The notes beneath the pieces are model-generated. The model made no database searches, was not told the DNA's origin, and worked only from the letters and a program-made list of their open reading frames with translations. A DNA stretch of 64,000 nucleotides. Origin: Octopus sinensis. Taxonomy: Eukaryota. Location of the stretch: contig NC_043000.1 of the NCBI RefSeq assembly GCF_006345805.1, positions 101,122,001 to 101,186,000 on the forward strand, written 5' to 3'. The translations under genes were made by a program, and so were the position numbers. Positions 12,460-26,235 of the stretch are shown piece after piece. The stretch's first letter is position 1, and every line of letters starts with the position of its first letter.

Positions 12460-12790
12460 CAAAAAACATTGGCTTCCAATTTTGGGACCAGACCAGCAAT
12501 TTTGGGAGATGTGGGTAAGCTGGTCACATTGACCTCAGTCCTCATCTGGTTTTTATTTCAATGACCCTGGAAGGATGAAAGACAAAGTGGACTTTGGCAG
12601 AATTTGAACTCAGAATGTAAAGATGGATGAAATTCTGTTAATCATTTCATCCAGCATGCTAATAATTTTGCCAGCTTGCTTCCTTGTATTATATAAATAC
12701 TGATTTTAAATCTTGACATGAGGCCAGCAATTTTAGGGAAGGGGATAAGTTGATTATATTGACCCGAGTATTCCACTGGTACTTATTTCA
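12460..12790 (-). mobile_element. Two tandem diverged SINE family A copies
   Basis: AATTTTGGG...GACCC...GGATGAAAG.CAAAGTGGAC...GAATTTGAACTCAGAA motifs followed by a second partial copy. Confidence 0.6.
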
Positions 12791-12799
12791 TCAGTACCA

Positions 12800-13040
12800 T
12801 GCTCTCTGTTCTTCTCAACTAATACCTTCCTGATTATTCTGGCCATGCCAAGAGGCAAACCTTTTGTAACAGTACTATTGGGCGCTCCATTCCAATTTCC
12901 TTTATATTCTTCTTGATGCCTTCTGATGTTGTCTCCAAGGACCCAACAATAATTGGCACTATCTTCACCTTCTTTATTTTTACATAGCCTTGTACTAAAG
13001 AGGATTGTATATATATCAATTTTTTCACCTTCTTCCTTGA
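12800..13040 (-). mobile_element. R4/Dong-clade non-LTR retrotransposon 3' end (restriction-like endonuclease C-terminus)
   Basis: Translation KKVKIVPIIVGSLETT..IKKNIKEIGMERPIVLLQKVCLL then (frameshift) ARIIRKVL resembles the VPIVxGALG...QKxxLLGxARIxRKVL C-terminus of R4/Dong ORFs. Confidence 0.65.
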
Positions 13041-13046
13041 ATATTC

Positions 13047-13690
13047 ATGGGTCAAAGGGGCTCGAACATCAACTGTATAACTGTTCTGCATGCACTCGTC
13101 CAGTGTCCAAGCATTACTGACCTGTGGGTTTATTTTGAACAGTTGCTGTCACGTGTAGGACAGATCTGGCTATCAGCTGAATTCATAGTGAAGATTGCCC
13201 CGCCAGCCTCTTTTAACGAGGGGGTGGGGGGAGAGGTAATTTTCATTTGTCTTTTGGCTGTAACAAAGAGGTAGTATGGTGGACTCTATTGAAAGAGCTA
13301 ATGTCAGACACTTTTCCCTTTGGCCAAACCCTCATCAACTTTTTCAAGTATCACTTGAAAAGGAAAGTGAGGGTGGAGAGGGAAATGTTGTCTTCTAGCA
13401 AGTTTGCTGAAAGGTGGGTGAATGTTGGAAGAATGGCCAGTGTAAAAGGAACAATTCTAAGCATACACCTGTAAAAAAAGGAAATTAGAGGAGAAGGGCT
13501 CTTGCCCTCTCAACCAGGCACCTGTGACTTTTGTGGGTTTTTCCATGAGTCGCCTAAAAGTGCCTCCCCCATTGGAAATTTTATTTGTTTTTTCCTTGTT
13601 ATCTTATTTACACATTTAAAAATCTTTTGTATTGTCCTGTCATATCCTTTAATGTATCTTTATACTAACCTTGTGGCCGATAAAAGAATT
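13047..13690 (+). mobile_element. Tx1/L1-clade LINE ORF2 C-terminal fragment plus 3' UTR
   Basis: TVLHALVQCPSITDLW (TxxHALxxCP..W zinc-knuckle end) followed by frameshifted KEVVWWT...LINFFKYHLKRKVRVERE..SSSKFAERW, typical of Tx1-like ORF2 ends; terminates at ATAAAAG before a (TAT)n tract. Confidence 0.65.
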
Positions 13691-13709
13691 ATTATTATCA
13701 TTATTATGG

Positions 13710-13740
<31 letters not shown>

Positions 13741-14356
13741 TTTATTTATTATTATTATTATTATTATTTAGTTTTCTTTCTTACACCTCAAAGAATGCAA
13801 TTATTCTTTGAAGACATACATTACAAACAATGTTGGCTCAGTCAATAAATGCTTTGAGATAATTCTCTAACAAATATTTACCATCTGAAATACTTTTATT
13901 TTCTGGAACATTCATATATCAATACTTATTTGTCTTATTGAAAACTTCTTATAAAACTGATTGTGTATCAATTAAGTTGCACTAATTACAAATGGTATGA
14001 TGGGCACTCTTCTTATATGCCGTCATGATTGCAATTCAAAAGATTAGTTGATTTAATAGTAAAGCTTCCGATCTTGGCTTTTGCACATTATGAAAGTCAC
14101 TTAGTAGCACTGTCAGTTATAAAGATGCTATTGTCAAATTTATCATGGACTATTGTTTAGTGTGTTTTCCGTAGCAGCTGGTGATCAGTCTCTATGATAT
14201 TTTCCTCAGGATCTTTGTATTGTCATTTTCTAAAACAGCTGGATTCATAATGTTATCACAGAATTTAGTATTCATGAATTTGAAGCAGTTAACTTGCCCT
14301 ATATACACACACACACATATGTGTGCATGCACACACACACGCACACAGACACACAG

Positions 14357-14588
14357 ACACAGACACCGACAGACAGACACACACACACATATATATATGT
14401 ATACATAATGTGTGTGTTTGTATGTATGTCTGTAAGCATATATGTATAAGCATGTATGCATGCATGCATGTGTGTGTATATATGCACACATGCTTATACA
14501 TATATGCTTACAGACATACATACAAACACACACATTATGTATACATATATATATATGTGTGTGTGTGTCTGTCTGTCGGTGTCTGTGT
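14357..14588. repeat. Long inverted repeat (~100-bp arms, 32-nt spacer)
   Basis: 14357-14455 is the reverse complement of 14488-14588 apart from one TA unit, including non-microsatellite words such as ACCGACAGACAG and TGTAAGCATATATGTATAAGCATGT. Confidence 0.85.
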
Positions 14589-15359
14589 GTATATATGCAT
14601 GTGTGTATATATGCACACATGCATTAATACATATAGAAGTAGATATATGCATATTTCGTTTTTGTTTTTGGTTTGCAAGATTCTTGAGGTGAACTCATGT
14701 ATTGAAACAGATTTTGTTGTAACTTGGGAGGATCATTATGACAATAACAAACACATACACTAGTTCAGTTTCACTTTATTAATATTACTATTATTTTGGT
14801 TTGGCTCAGATTTGGTTTTATTCCTGGTAGGATTTATGTGGGTAGCGGGTTACTACCTGTATTATTCAATTAGATAGCTATGCATGTATATATGTACATA
14901 CATGTATATATCTATATGTATTTTTCATTTTTTTTTTTTTATACCTGTTTTATCATGGTAGTATGAGTTAGATGAATATGTTGTTAAGGCACTACTTTGC
15001 TGCTAGATGCTCTTTTTGATGCTAACCTTTTGCTGGTTTTCAAGTTACCTCTTATTCCATGCAGCTTCAGAAGCACAAAATGACTGGGTGAATAGTTGGC
15101 ATGAAAAATGCTGACAGAACTTAATACAAATCTTGTGACAATCGAATAAGTCAGTGGAAGATATAAACAACTACCACAAGGCCCAGTCCTTATGATGTGG
15201 TGGCTTGCATTCCTCACTGACTCTGAAACCTATGCTAACAGAGCACAATCTCTTAGTAGGACCTTAAATGCCTTGAAGTTGGAACATAGTATATGCAACA
15301 ATTAATTCTGTACAAAAGCTGTATACTGTTCCCTATCTCAACCATTTTATTTTTCCTTC

Positions 15360-18032
15360 ATACAGAAATTAAATGGGACACATCTAGGCAACCCCAGCAA
15401 ATGTTTAAAAACATTCTGAATCAAATTTACCAATAGTTAATTTGTACAGAGCTACGGTTTCAGGAGCTAAGTACCAGAGATGGTTGGAAAAATTTTTCAC
15501 AGCAGCCTTACTGATTTCTGATAATTTATCAGTTGATGCATGAATAGGAAATCATAATAAGGTGCTTTAATTGGTTCTGATGTCAAAAACCAGGCTCAAA
15601 TGTATTCTCAAGCATGAAAAATACATATTCTTCTTAAAGAGTTCTTCTCCCCAGGAGATAACTTGAAAAAGGTCTATCTTGAATACATAAATTGCTTGTG
15701 GCATTCACCTAGCGTGACTTACAGCTCCTGGTGTACAAAACAATATCCTGTTCTTCGGAATGCTGCCAAGAAAGATCATCATTAACTCCAACAATTCTTG
15801 GTAATTATCTCCTTGTTGTTTCTGCGTAGAAAGGTGGTATTCAAGAAATCCAAGAATGGTAGAGCGGACATCATCAGGAACTTTATTGCTACCAGTTATG
15901 TAAACCTTCTTGCTGAGTTTTGTCCAGGTTTCTCTAAATCTTTTGAAAAATGCCATGTCTGGACCAGAAGTTGCATCCATCAGTGAGTCGAAACAGCTCC
16001 TAAAATGTAACTCAAAAATGTGATGATAGCAAGGGAAGTACAACAGGTCACGATTGAACAATTTTCCTTGATTTGTACAGGCACCATTTACTCAACCTGT
16101 GTTGCTTGCTATCATATCACAGCAAAGTGCCTGAATTTTTTAGGTTATACCCCACTTCTCCACTACTTGGTAAACAGCCATGGCTTGCTGTTTTCCTGAA
16201 GATGTTGGAATTTCAGAGACTCCCAACAATTGCTCCTTGCTTTGAAAAGTTACTATTATTGCCAGTCTATCGACCTTTCCAACTCTTGTGAATGCTGGGA
16301 GTAGCTTTCTATCCCAGTGCAACACTAATTCTTGACAGTTGTTTAGGTTAAATTTGTACTGTATTTCTGTGTGTCTTGCTTCTCTAAATTTTTTTCTAAA
16401 GTGCTGAAAAGAAGTGCGATTTATTACCAGATTTTTAGTATCACACCCGGAAGCCATTGATATGTAAATTCCATTTCTTTCAATGATTTTGTACTTATCA
16501 AAAACATCAGAGAGACAGGGAGTAAAAAACTGCAATGTACCTCAAGTTGCTGGAACTGTTGTTGCTGCTTTGATTGTTGCTGTTGCTGATATTTGCTGAA
16601 TGATGACAGGAATTTTCACTGTCATCACCACCATTACTGCTTTAGCTGCTTGGTGTTGAATCATCAGTTTCCGATGTAGCAAACTGATGAAAGTAAAATT
16701 TTGTTCCATTTCTTCATAAGATTTTTTTTTCCTGACAGTTTTCATTGAAGTGTGCTTCAGTGCTCTTTCTTCCTTGAGTTTTAACTTTTTATCTACACCA
16801 ACCATGGAGCCTGGTCATCCTTTTTTGGCACTGAAGAATTAAGAACTTCTTATCCTCTTCAATTTTCATTTGTCCTAAAGCATCTGAATGAACTATGTCA
16901 AAGAGATCGTCCATCATTTCCACAAAAAGTTTTCTTTTTCCTTGCCTGCAATTCTTGTCAAATTTTTCTGTAAACCATTCCATTCATCATAGAGTTTGAG
17001 TACCTTATCAACGCAGTGGTCAGTTCTTCTGGTAGGAATTCATGCTTTTTGCCAAAACATGGAAACTTCTTGAATCATTAATGCTGCACTTTCTTTCATT
17101 ATAAGATTTACAACTCTTATATTATAGAAAAAAAACCCACTTAAAACTTGCCAATTCAAGAGTAGCTTGGCTCCCATGATTTGATTGGAAACGGAGCCAA
17201 CAAAAGTTGCTTGAAAATCTTTTCTCAACTTGTGTGATGAACTACCTCAAGATGATGATGCCATTTCACAGGTCTAGGAAGAATACGTCACAGAAGCCAC
17301 TTTGCACCTGCACAAACAGTTCTGAATGAAAAAATGGAAGAATTAGTCACCAAAGGCATCATATTTGGTCGCAAAATAAGTATACAAAGCATATAATGCT
17401 ATAAAACTGTAGAAATTATAAACATGGTATATCAACTTTGTCAGGGCTACCAACACAACAGGAGAAGATCTATTTCATAATAATTTCAAAATGAATGAGT
17501 GCTTACAAGTTATTACAAATAAATTAACTCATATTTACAAACGCGGACAAGTCATATTAGTTCACTGTTTATAACTAACGTATATTTCTTAATATTTTAT
17601 TTCTCTACACTACCATTAGGTTCAGTAGACTTCTTTCAATGAATGAACGCAACTCACAACCTCACTTGCTTACAGCTAGCTGCTGACTGGATGACGGCAA
17701 AATATAGGTGTTCGCCCTATACCTGCGCTCTATCCCCAGTTTTGCAAGTTACCTTCCCCCATTATATTTATTATCACTTATCCTTCTAATACCAAGAATA
17801 AGTCTGAACAAGTTTTTAATTTAAGAAAAAATTATATGAGAGATAAAAAATTGTATCTGTAAAAATGACTTTTCGGATGGAAATTTCAAAATTTCACAGT
17901 CGATGAAGTTGTCCGCTTATAGTTGTCTGCTTGAGCTAAAATTTTGCATAGATTGATTGTTTTTGTTAATTGGAACAAGATAGTAGGGTGGGAGCTAAAC
18001 TTTCAGAAAGTTGAAAAATAGGAGCCACCCTA
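15360..18032 (-). mobile_element. Degenerate hAT-superfamily DNA transposon (probably hATm-like), near full-length transposase pseudogene with one terminus
   Basis: Colinear minus-strand fragments: IMGAKLLLNWQVL..FFYN..ESAALMIQEVSMFWQKA; DDLFDIVHSDAL..IEEDKKFL; LVLHWDRKLL..KVDRLAIIV..EQLLGV; KIQALCCDMIASNTG*VNGAC; CYHHIFEL; SGPDMAFFKRF; QELLELMMIFLG..PGAVSHAR. Multiple stops and frameshifts. Terminus ...CCACCCTA at 18032 with an inner TAGGGTGG at 17984. Subfamily naming is from memory of such sequences. Confidence 0.8.
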
Positions 18033-20400
18033 ATGCATATATGCATATATGTATCCATGCATATATGTATGCATAGATATGTACACATTTATATATATAC
18101 ACATATATATATGCTTACATACATACAAACATGTATGGGCGTGTATGTGTTTGTGTATGTATGTTTATGTATAACAGTACATTGAGGAATGTCTATTTGT
18201 GCAAACAAACAAACAAAAAGTAAACTAAAGAAAGAAGAATGTTCAAAGTCTACTATTCAATAGAAATTGCTAAAATAGGTGACAAATTAAAATAAATTTT
18301 GAGGTCAATGTAATCCATGAAAACACTCCTTGAAAGTGGTGTCAATTACTGAAACCAATATAAAAATAGTGTTATATGAAAGCCATGTTAGAGTATGTTT
18401 TATTTATTTAAAACTCGAGTTAGGTAGAAGTTTCACTGAATTAATATCTAGGAGTGTATTAAGAAAGATAATGATATTTTCCATCCTGTCAATATTTGTT
18501 GCTTCTCTAGGGTTAATTAATGTTAATTTTCTTTTGTTTTCACATGATTGTTTTGATTATTTTAAAGTTTCAGAATATGTGCAATTGATAACTTTGAAGA
18601 TTTCTTAAAGGCAATAGATATATTTTTAACAAATGTATTTAATTATTCATATCTACAAATGGTGTGTTTCAGCATATCTTACTCCATCAGTGCAATGTGC
18701 TAAATAATTCATTATTTGTAATTAATTCAACTAGTTCAAGATGAGAGATGATTAAATAATAACTGTTTATATTAAAATTTATTTTTAAAATTAGAAGTTT
18801 ACCACATTAATATAGTGTGAGAAATTACAAAGATAAATAAAACTTAAAGCCTCAAAACTTTGAGGAAAATACCTGCACAAATTTTGTTTGCATATGAATA
18901 TTTGTCCTTTCTCAGAAAGGAGAATGGTGCAAAATGATAAAGTTGAAATGTTTAAGTTAAAATGAAAATAAGAACAACTGAATAGCATTTAAGTTTTTAC
19001 ATTCCTAAAGGCTTAATGTCAGATCAAATATTGGGGAAATTTCAAGAAAATTTCTAGAATGAAGAATGAATACTAATTTTTTTATCACTACTATAAGATT
19101 AAAGTTAGATATTGGGGAAACTTTGAGAAAATTTCCATTTCCAAGACAAAAACAAAATTGGCTAAAATGGAAATTTTTCTGAAGATTCACCAATAACATT
19201 TCTTTTAGTCTATGTAATATATATTTTTGTTGATCAATATCTAAGTGAGGCTAAGGATGTAGAACTAAGTATTCAGATTCCAAGAACAACTATAATTCTT
19301 CTTTATATTGATTTTACTCTTATCATACACAGACGAATGTTCTGCAGATATTTTCATCAAAGTTTTGAAGCTTTAAGTTCTAACTATCTTTGTAATTCCT
19401 TACTTTAAAATTCCTTACACTTATTGTATTAATACAGTTCAGTCTTAATTCAAAAAAGGAAGAGAAAAATATTCATGTTAGCTGTTGTTGTTTAACACCT
19501 GGTCAGCCCCAACTTCACAAACCTATCACAAAATGTATTCTCATCACATTATACAGAGAATTCAAGGCCACTTTATCTAATATGTATACATTTTTTAAGA
19601 CAGTAGGATGTGATTTCAGGGAGTTGACTGCTATTTTTTGCAAATGAATGAACTTGTACAAGCTCCTGTAATATTCTGTATTTGTGCGTGCATGCAAGTT
19701 TGGAATGAATTGTATGTATGTTTATATGTATATATATATATGTGTGTGTATTTATGCTTGTTGTATATATGCATGTGTGTATGAGTGTGTATGTATATAT
19801 GTATGTTTGAATGCATGTACAAATATATGTATGTTTGATATGTATTGAAATATATATGTATGTGTCTGTATGCATGTATGTATATTTGAGTAAGATTTTA
19901 TAATGGATCTCTGTCAAAATTTTTTGACGTGACAAAATAACTGTCTCTAGAGATTGTGCCATTTCTTTTTCTTTTTGTTTTTTTTTAGCAGTTTTGGAAT
20001 AGATAGAACAGACAAAATGACTACTTTTTGTATATCGTCTTTACTTTTTTTACTGATGTGATAATACAGATCAAATATGGATTATCATTCCATTATCAAT
20101 TCTGTGTGCTGAAGACCAGCATTGCAAAAACAAAAACCCAAATAAACAAAACACACACACACATATATATATCTATGTGAAATGGAGAAAAACAAGAAAC
20201 ATGAGAAAAAATCGGATTAATACTGGGAATTACCAAAACCAAAATCTTTGTTTTATTCATGCAAACAAGCAAACGAGGAAGGAAAGACAAAAACTGCACT
20301 GATAAGATAAAATGAAAAAAGAAATATTATCAGCAAATAACTCAAACAGCAATAAATGCATAATGCAGTACAAAGCCAACAGCAACAAAAACCAGATATG

Positions 20401-20431
<31 letters not shown>

Positions 20432-21554
20432 ATATATATCTGTGTGTGTATGTATTTATGTATATACATATGTGTAGAAATGTATGTATGTACGTGTTTG
20501 TGTGTACATATATATATATGTGTATGCTGTTATGTATGTATATGTGTGTGTGTACATAATATTTATGTATATACACACATGTAGAAATGTATGTATATAC
20601 GTGGTTGTGTGAGCATATGTATGTTGCTTATATTTACGTGTGTCTGTGTGTGTATACACACACACATGTATATGTATATATGTGTGTGTGTGTGTGTTTA
20701 TGTATGTGTGTGTATGTGCATTGTTGTATATGTAGTATTTGTATTAGTTTATACTCACACACATACACGCACATATATATATACATTTATCTCTCACTCA
20801 CATACTTGGAGAAAAAATCAATATAAAAATTCTCTTAATGATACAGGACTACATTAGAATATAAATTCTTTTCATTAACAAAATCATAATCACTATTCTG
20901 CTGCCTTCACTGTACGTCATGTTCATCATCACAATCATTGTAATATCTTTCTTGGCACTGTTATCATTGACATTATTACCATTATCACTACCTTTGCTAA
21001 CATTGATGTCACTATCATCCCTATGATGATAATAATGATGATGATCATCATCATCATCATTGATACTAACTTTAACATCACTGCATTCATCTCTGGTATT
21101 ATCAATAGCAAGGTGACACCAGAAATGATGGTAGCATCTTCAATTTCATAACCTATCGCTGTCATTGATGTTGTTGTTGTTTTTCGTATTGTTTAGCTTC
21201 TGCTCACCTCTGATGATGCAGACCTATGACCAAAATTATTCCAGCTGTGACCATCTCACCTAATTATCCCTGATTAGGTATACCTATGACCTATAAGTAG
21301 TCAGGCAAAATAATTAGGTGCTTATTATCCATCCAGCATTTTAAATATGTCAATTCCATAGTCCTTCTTGACATATTTTATTCAGTATAGGTACAACACC
21401 GAATTTCAGGTACCTTTACTTCCAAAGCCTTTCCAGATTACTGATATTTCCAAAGCAGGGGTGGTCACTATAGTTACCTCATTCTAAATTATGCAAATAT
21501 TAAATTCACTTAAATAATTATTAAAAATATGGGTATCTATAAAAAACTGGCACT

Positions 21555-21792
21555 CTTATTTCTTTACTGCCCACAAGGGGCTACACACAGAGGAGACAAA
21601 CAAGGACAGACAAACAGATTAAGTCAATTATATCAATCCCAGTGCATAACTGGTACTTCTTTAATTGACTCTGAAAGGATGAAAGGCAAAGTTGACCTCA
21701 GCGGAATTTGAACTCAGAACACGTAGCGGCAGACGAAATACTGCTAAGCATTTCACCCAGCGTGCTAACATTTCTGCCAGCTCACCACCTTA
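21555..21792 (-). mobile_element. SINE family A, long-tail variant
   Basis: Near full-length reverse-complement match to the copy at 50423-50654. Confidence 0.8.
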
Positions 21793-22756
21793 AAAGAAAC
21801 TCACTCTGTTGGTTATGACAACAAAGGGTCCAGTTGATCCAGCTGCTCAGAATTAATGTATAAATGACTGAGTACTCCACAGATATGTGTGCCCTTAACG
21901 TAGTTCTCGGGGAGATTCAGCATGACCAGAGTGTGACAAGGCTAGCCCTTTTGAAATACAGGTACTACCTATTTTTGCCAGCTGAGTGGACAGAAGAAAT
22001 GTGAAATAAAGTGTCTTGCTCAAGTGCTCAAGGACACAACAGGTCACTGGGAACCAGAGTGTGACAGAGAGACAGAGAGGCTCCTTCCAGTTTCTGTCAC
22101 TCACAAAGCTTTTGTCAGCCTGAGGTGGTAGTAGAAGACACTTGTCTGAGGTGCTATGCAGTGGGAGCAAACCCAAAACTACATAGCAAGGAGGCAACAT
22201 GCTTACTGCACATCCACACCTGTACCTGTCTCTCAAAACCAATTGGTACATGTTACCAGTTCATACTCACTCACAAGTGTACTGTATTATTTTTCTGGTG
22301 TGATTTTAGATTTAATCTACAAGTTTCAAAGTTAGAAAGTATTGATGTTTATCGCAAACTAAATATATCATCTTGATTTTAACATCAATGATTTGCTAAT
22401 GCAATTTTATTTTATTCCTTTATTGATTGATTGTAATGCAATTTTCAAATGGACAGTCAGTGGTGGAATAGCTTAAGTCTTGATGTATTTCTTTGGTACA
22501 TTGAATTTGTATTCTGGAGGTATTGATCATTTCCTTCAGCAAGGCACTTAACCCAACTTTTCTAAAACCACATACCCAAAATAATGAGTGATGTCACAAC
22601 TCATTTGTACATCTGAGTAAACTGGAGCAATGTAAAATAAAGTGTCTTGCTCAAGAACACAACACAGCCCGGTTGTCCATGAATCAAATTCACTACCTCA
22701 TGATTGTGAGCCCAACACTCTAACCACTGAGCCATTCACCTTCACAGTCTTAATAA

Positions 22757-23165
22757 TAATGAGAGAAATATAAAGGAAATTGGAATTGAGTGCCCAGTAG
22801 GACTCTTAGAAACCGTTTGCCTCCTTGGCATGGCCAGAATAATCAGGAAAGTATTAGATAATGGAATGGATAGCATGGTACCATAGGCTGTGGGTAGCAA
22901 GCCTGCTACACATGCAAGGCTCCAGGAGTTCCAACAAAACCTGTGATAAAAAGAAATAATCCCTTAAAATTTGAAATGGGAAGAATTTGGAGCATGCAAA
23001 CAGTAAAGGTCATGCCTATAATAATTAGTACGTTGGGAACAGTAAGCCAAGATATAAACAGATAGCTGAAGGAAATTGGAATAGAGTGTCCGTTAGAGCT
23101 CCTACAGAAGGTTTGTCTCTTAGTGTCAGCAAGGATTATCAGGAGGGTATTTGAATGCTGGATTC
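22757..23165 (+). mobile_element. Two tandem R4/Dong-type 3' end fragments
   Basis: RNIKEIGIECPVGLLETVCLLGMARIIRKVLD followed by a short 3' UTR, then VMPIIISTLGTVSQDINR*LKEIGIECPLELLQKVCLLVSARIIRRVF; same family as 12800-13040. Preceded by TAATAATAAT. Confidence 0.7.
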
Positions 23166-23457
23166 AACAGACACTCTGGAAGAAACCTTCATGGTCCATT
23201 GGAAAGGAAGGCAGCTGCAGCAATACATAGCAGAGTGTAGAGAACAAGACGAGGCAAGTAAGACATCTTGGTCATCCACAACATCTGTCTTCTTCTCCAG
23301 CTTTCTTGACTGGCTTTTGTCACTGGACTGAAGATGGTCATGGCTGAGAGAATGTCATTGATGGTACAGAACTCTTCTTCACTTTAAATAAAGTCACTGT
23401 GCAAGAGATCACTCATCATAAAGATGACTGGACAGTCCTTGTCACCCCGACAGATGA

Positions 23458-23492
<35 letters not shown>

Positions 23493-24149
23493 ACTGTTTC
23501 TTTGTCTTGACATCACATGGTAGTTATAAGCAAATATTACTGTTACAGAAGCAGTGTTCTTGATTTCTAGCCTTCCATGAAAATATTACTGAGGAAATAT
23601 TACCTTACTTAGAAACAAGTGTAGATTAGCATCTGGTTCTAGAAAAATCTGCCCAATAAACTTCCTCTGACCCATGCAAGAAAGCAAAAGTGGATATTAA
23701 AATGATGATGAACTAAGGTCAACTTTGCCTTTCATCGTTTCAGATGCAATAAAAAAAAAGACAAACTAAAAAAAAAAAACAACATAACATTTAAACTGAC
23801 CATATCCAGCCAAAATATTCAGCATGTTCTACTAGTCAAATTTGGCCCTCACATGCACCCTACAATGTCATTCTAAAAATAAAATGCCATGTCATTGGAA
23901 TCTTGAAGCTACAATATAATACATGCTTAATTGAAAATAATGTAAATAAATAAGCATTATATTTGACAGGATAATCTGTATGTTAAAAGGTTAAGCAGTT
24001 TAGAAAAACAATTGCTAATGTATATTTTATCATTATCTAAATAATGATTTACTTCAGTCATGTGACAAGCATTACTCTTGCCAACGTTATTACACCAACC
24101 AATATGGAAAATGGATATTTTGGATAATGTAGAGTTAGATTGCCTGTAG

Positions 24150-24760
24150 ACAGGAATAATATGGGATGGTCATAGTTGGAATACCTTTGATTATCAGTCT
24201 GCTCAGGCAGAGCTGATTTGAGGCTAAACAGCAAAAAAATAGTAACTACAAGGAAGTCTTTACATAGTTGCGCAATCTGCTAAAAATAACTACAAAATCT
24301 TCCTCAAATCTCAATCTACTGTCTTAAAGAGAGAACACATTAGATACTAACCCCATATCTGCCAAACAGATGGGATGGTCACTGCTGGAATACCTTTGCT
24401 TATAGATTTGTTCAATCACAAGGAAGGCTTTATATGGTTGCTCAATTTGCTAAACATAGTAACCGAATCTTCCTCAAATCTCAACCTGCTGTCTCAGATA
24501 AAGACAATATATTAAATAATATAATCTTACATCTACCAAAAAAAGATGGGATGGTTACAACTGGAATATCTTTGATAATAGATTTGTTCAATCACAGCAA
24601 AGAAGCCTATGGTTACTCAATTTGCTAAAAATAGCAGCCAAATCTCCCTCAAATCTCATCCTACTGTCTCAAAGACAGATTGATCACATTACATAATATA
24701 CTCCTACATCTGCCAAAAAGACAGGATGATCACAAGCACTGAGATGCCTTTGACCACATG
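24150..24760. repeat. Diverged tandem array of ~3.5 units (~176-209 bp) of a dispersed repeat
   Basis: TGGGATGGT(C/T)A..GGAATA.CTTTG recurs at ~24162, 24371, 24547 and (degenerate) 24722; each full unit carries the AATCTTCCTCAAATCTC motif seen singly elsewhere. Confidence 0.65.
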
Positions 24761-25488
24761 TTTATTTGATCAGAATCAGCCTGGGGCTAAACCTCAATAA
24801 CAATAACAGAAACTACATCATCATAATCGTCTTCATCATTGCATAAAAGTTTTGATATGAAAATTCCAAACTTCTACAAAGTATAAATTTTCCCCATTCT
24901 CCAATAACCACAAATTCAACTTATATTGACCATTTTTCTTAACTTAGTACCACTTATTTCATTCTGAAGATTTCAGGATATTTACAAGAATTAATTATTG
25001 AAGCAAGTGAATGCATAAATGTATATTACATCGTTGAATGGAATTATCTGGTGTAGATATAGGCACACCCCTTGCAATACATCCAAACACTCTAATGATA
25101 ATGTAACAATAAATATTTTTATTATCTATTTGTTCTTTCTTCTGGTTTTCTGCCAAGTCTTTTATAGACATTCTTAAAATTTATATTTCTTATTAAAAAT
25201 TTATTTGCATCGGTTCTTCTTCATTTGACTTTTGACAAAAGATATAGATTTTGTCAGTAATTTTTATAAATTGGTTTTATAGCAAGCTGTGTATGTGTTT
25301 GTGTCTGTCTATGTTTAAAGATTTAAGAATTTGTATGTAGGTATGTGTATGTGTGTGTGTATGTAAACATATATGAGCGTGTATGTGTATGTTTGAATGT
25401 ATGTATGCATACATGTATGAATATATATATAGATGTGTGTTTTTGCAGGTATGCATATGCATACATGCATGTGTGTCTATGTATATAT

Positions 25489-25524
<36 letters not shown>

Positions 25525-25723
25525 AATGTGTGTGTGTGTTTATGCACGTATGTTTACATAGAATCATATGTATATAGGTATATACATACACACACACACA
25601 CACACACAATGTATGTGTGCATTTTATGTACACAACCCTTGTATTTATAAATTTAATTATTTGAACCGTGCAATCTTCATTCTCATCACAAAACCAAATC
25701 AAACAGGCATGCACACATTCACT

Positions 25724-25755
<32 letters not shown>

Positions 25756-26159
25756 AACAACATAACTGAGAACCAATCTCATGTGCCCAACTAAATCACG
25801 AAGCACAGCACTTTTCAGTCATTAGAGGTTCAAAAACACCATTAACAATATCAATTTAATCTATACATTTCTCACCAGATAACTCGTTGTTTTTACCAAA
25901 CAACCGTTAGTTTATTCTCTCCTTCTCTTTGTCTCTTCTTTGTCTTCTCAAATTAAATGATTTCCCAGCAAAGAAAATTAAAATGATGGACGCAACTCAA
26001 GAGGGAGAATGTCTGACAATAACAATAAAGTAGCAAAGATTAATGCTATTCTTTGCTTCACAATCTGATTGTGAGGTTCACTAAACGATGATGGCTGGCC
26101 ATTGCTGGTGTATGTATATATATTGTTGGTGTAAGTATATATATATATATACACACATA

Positions 26160-26235
<76 letters not shown>

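Noticed and set aside
15046-15114. YLLFHAASEAQNDWVNSW, superficially like a PH-domain C-terminal helix
   Set aside because: Immediately followed by in-frame stops, no donor site, and no other PH-domain exons were found.
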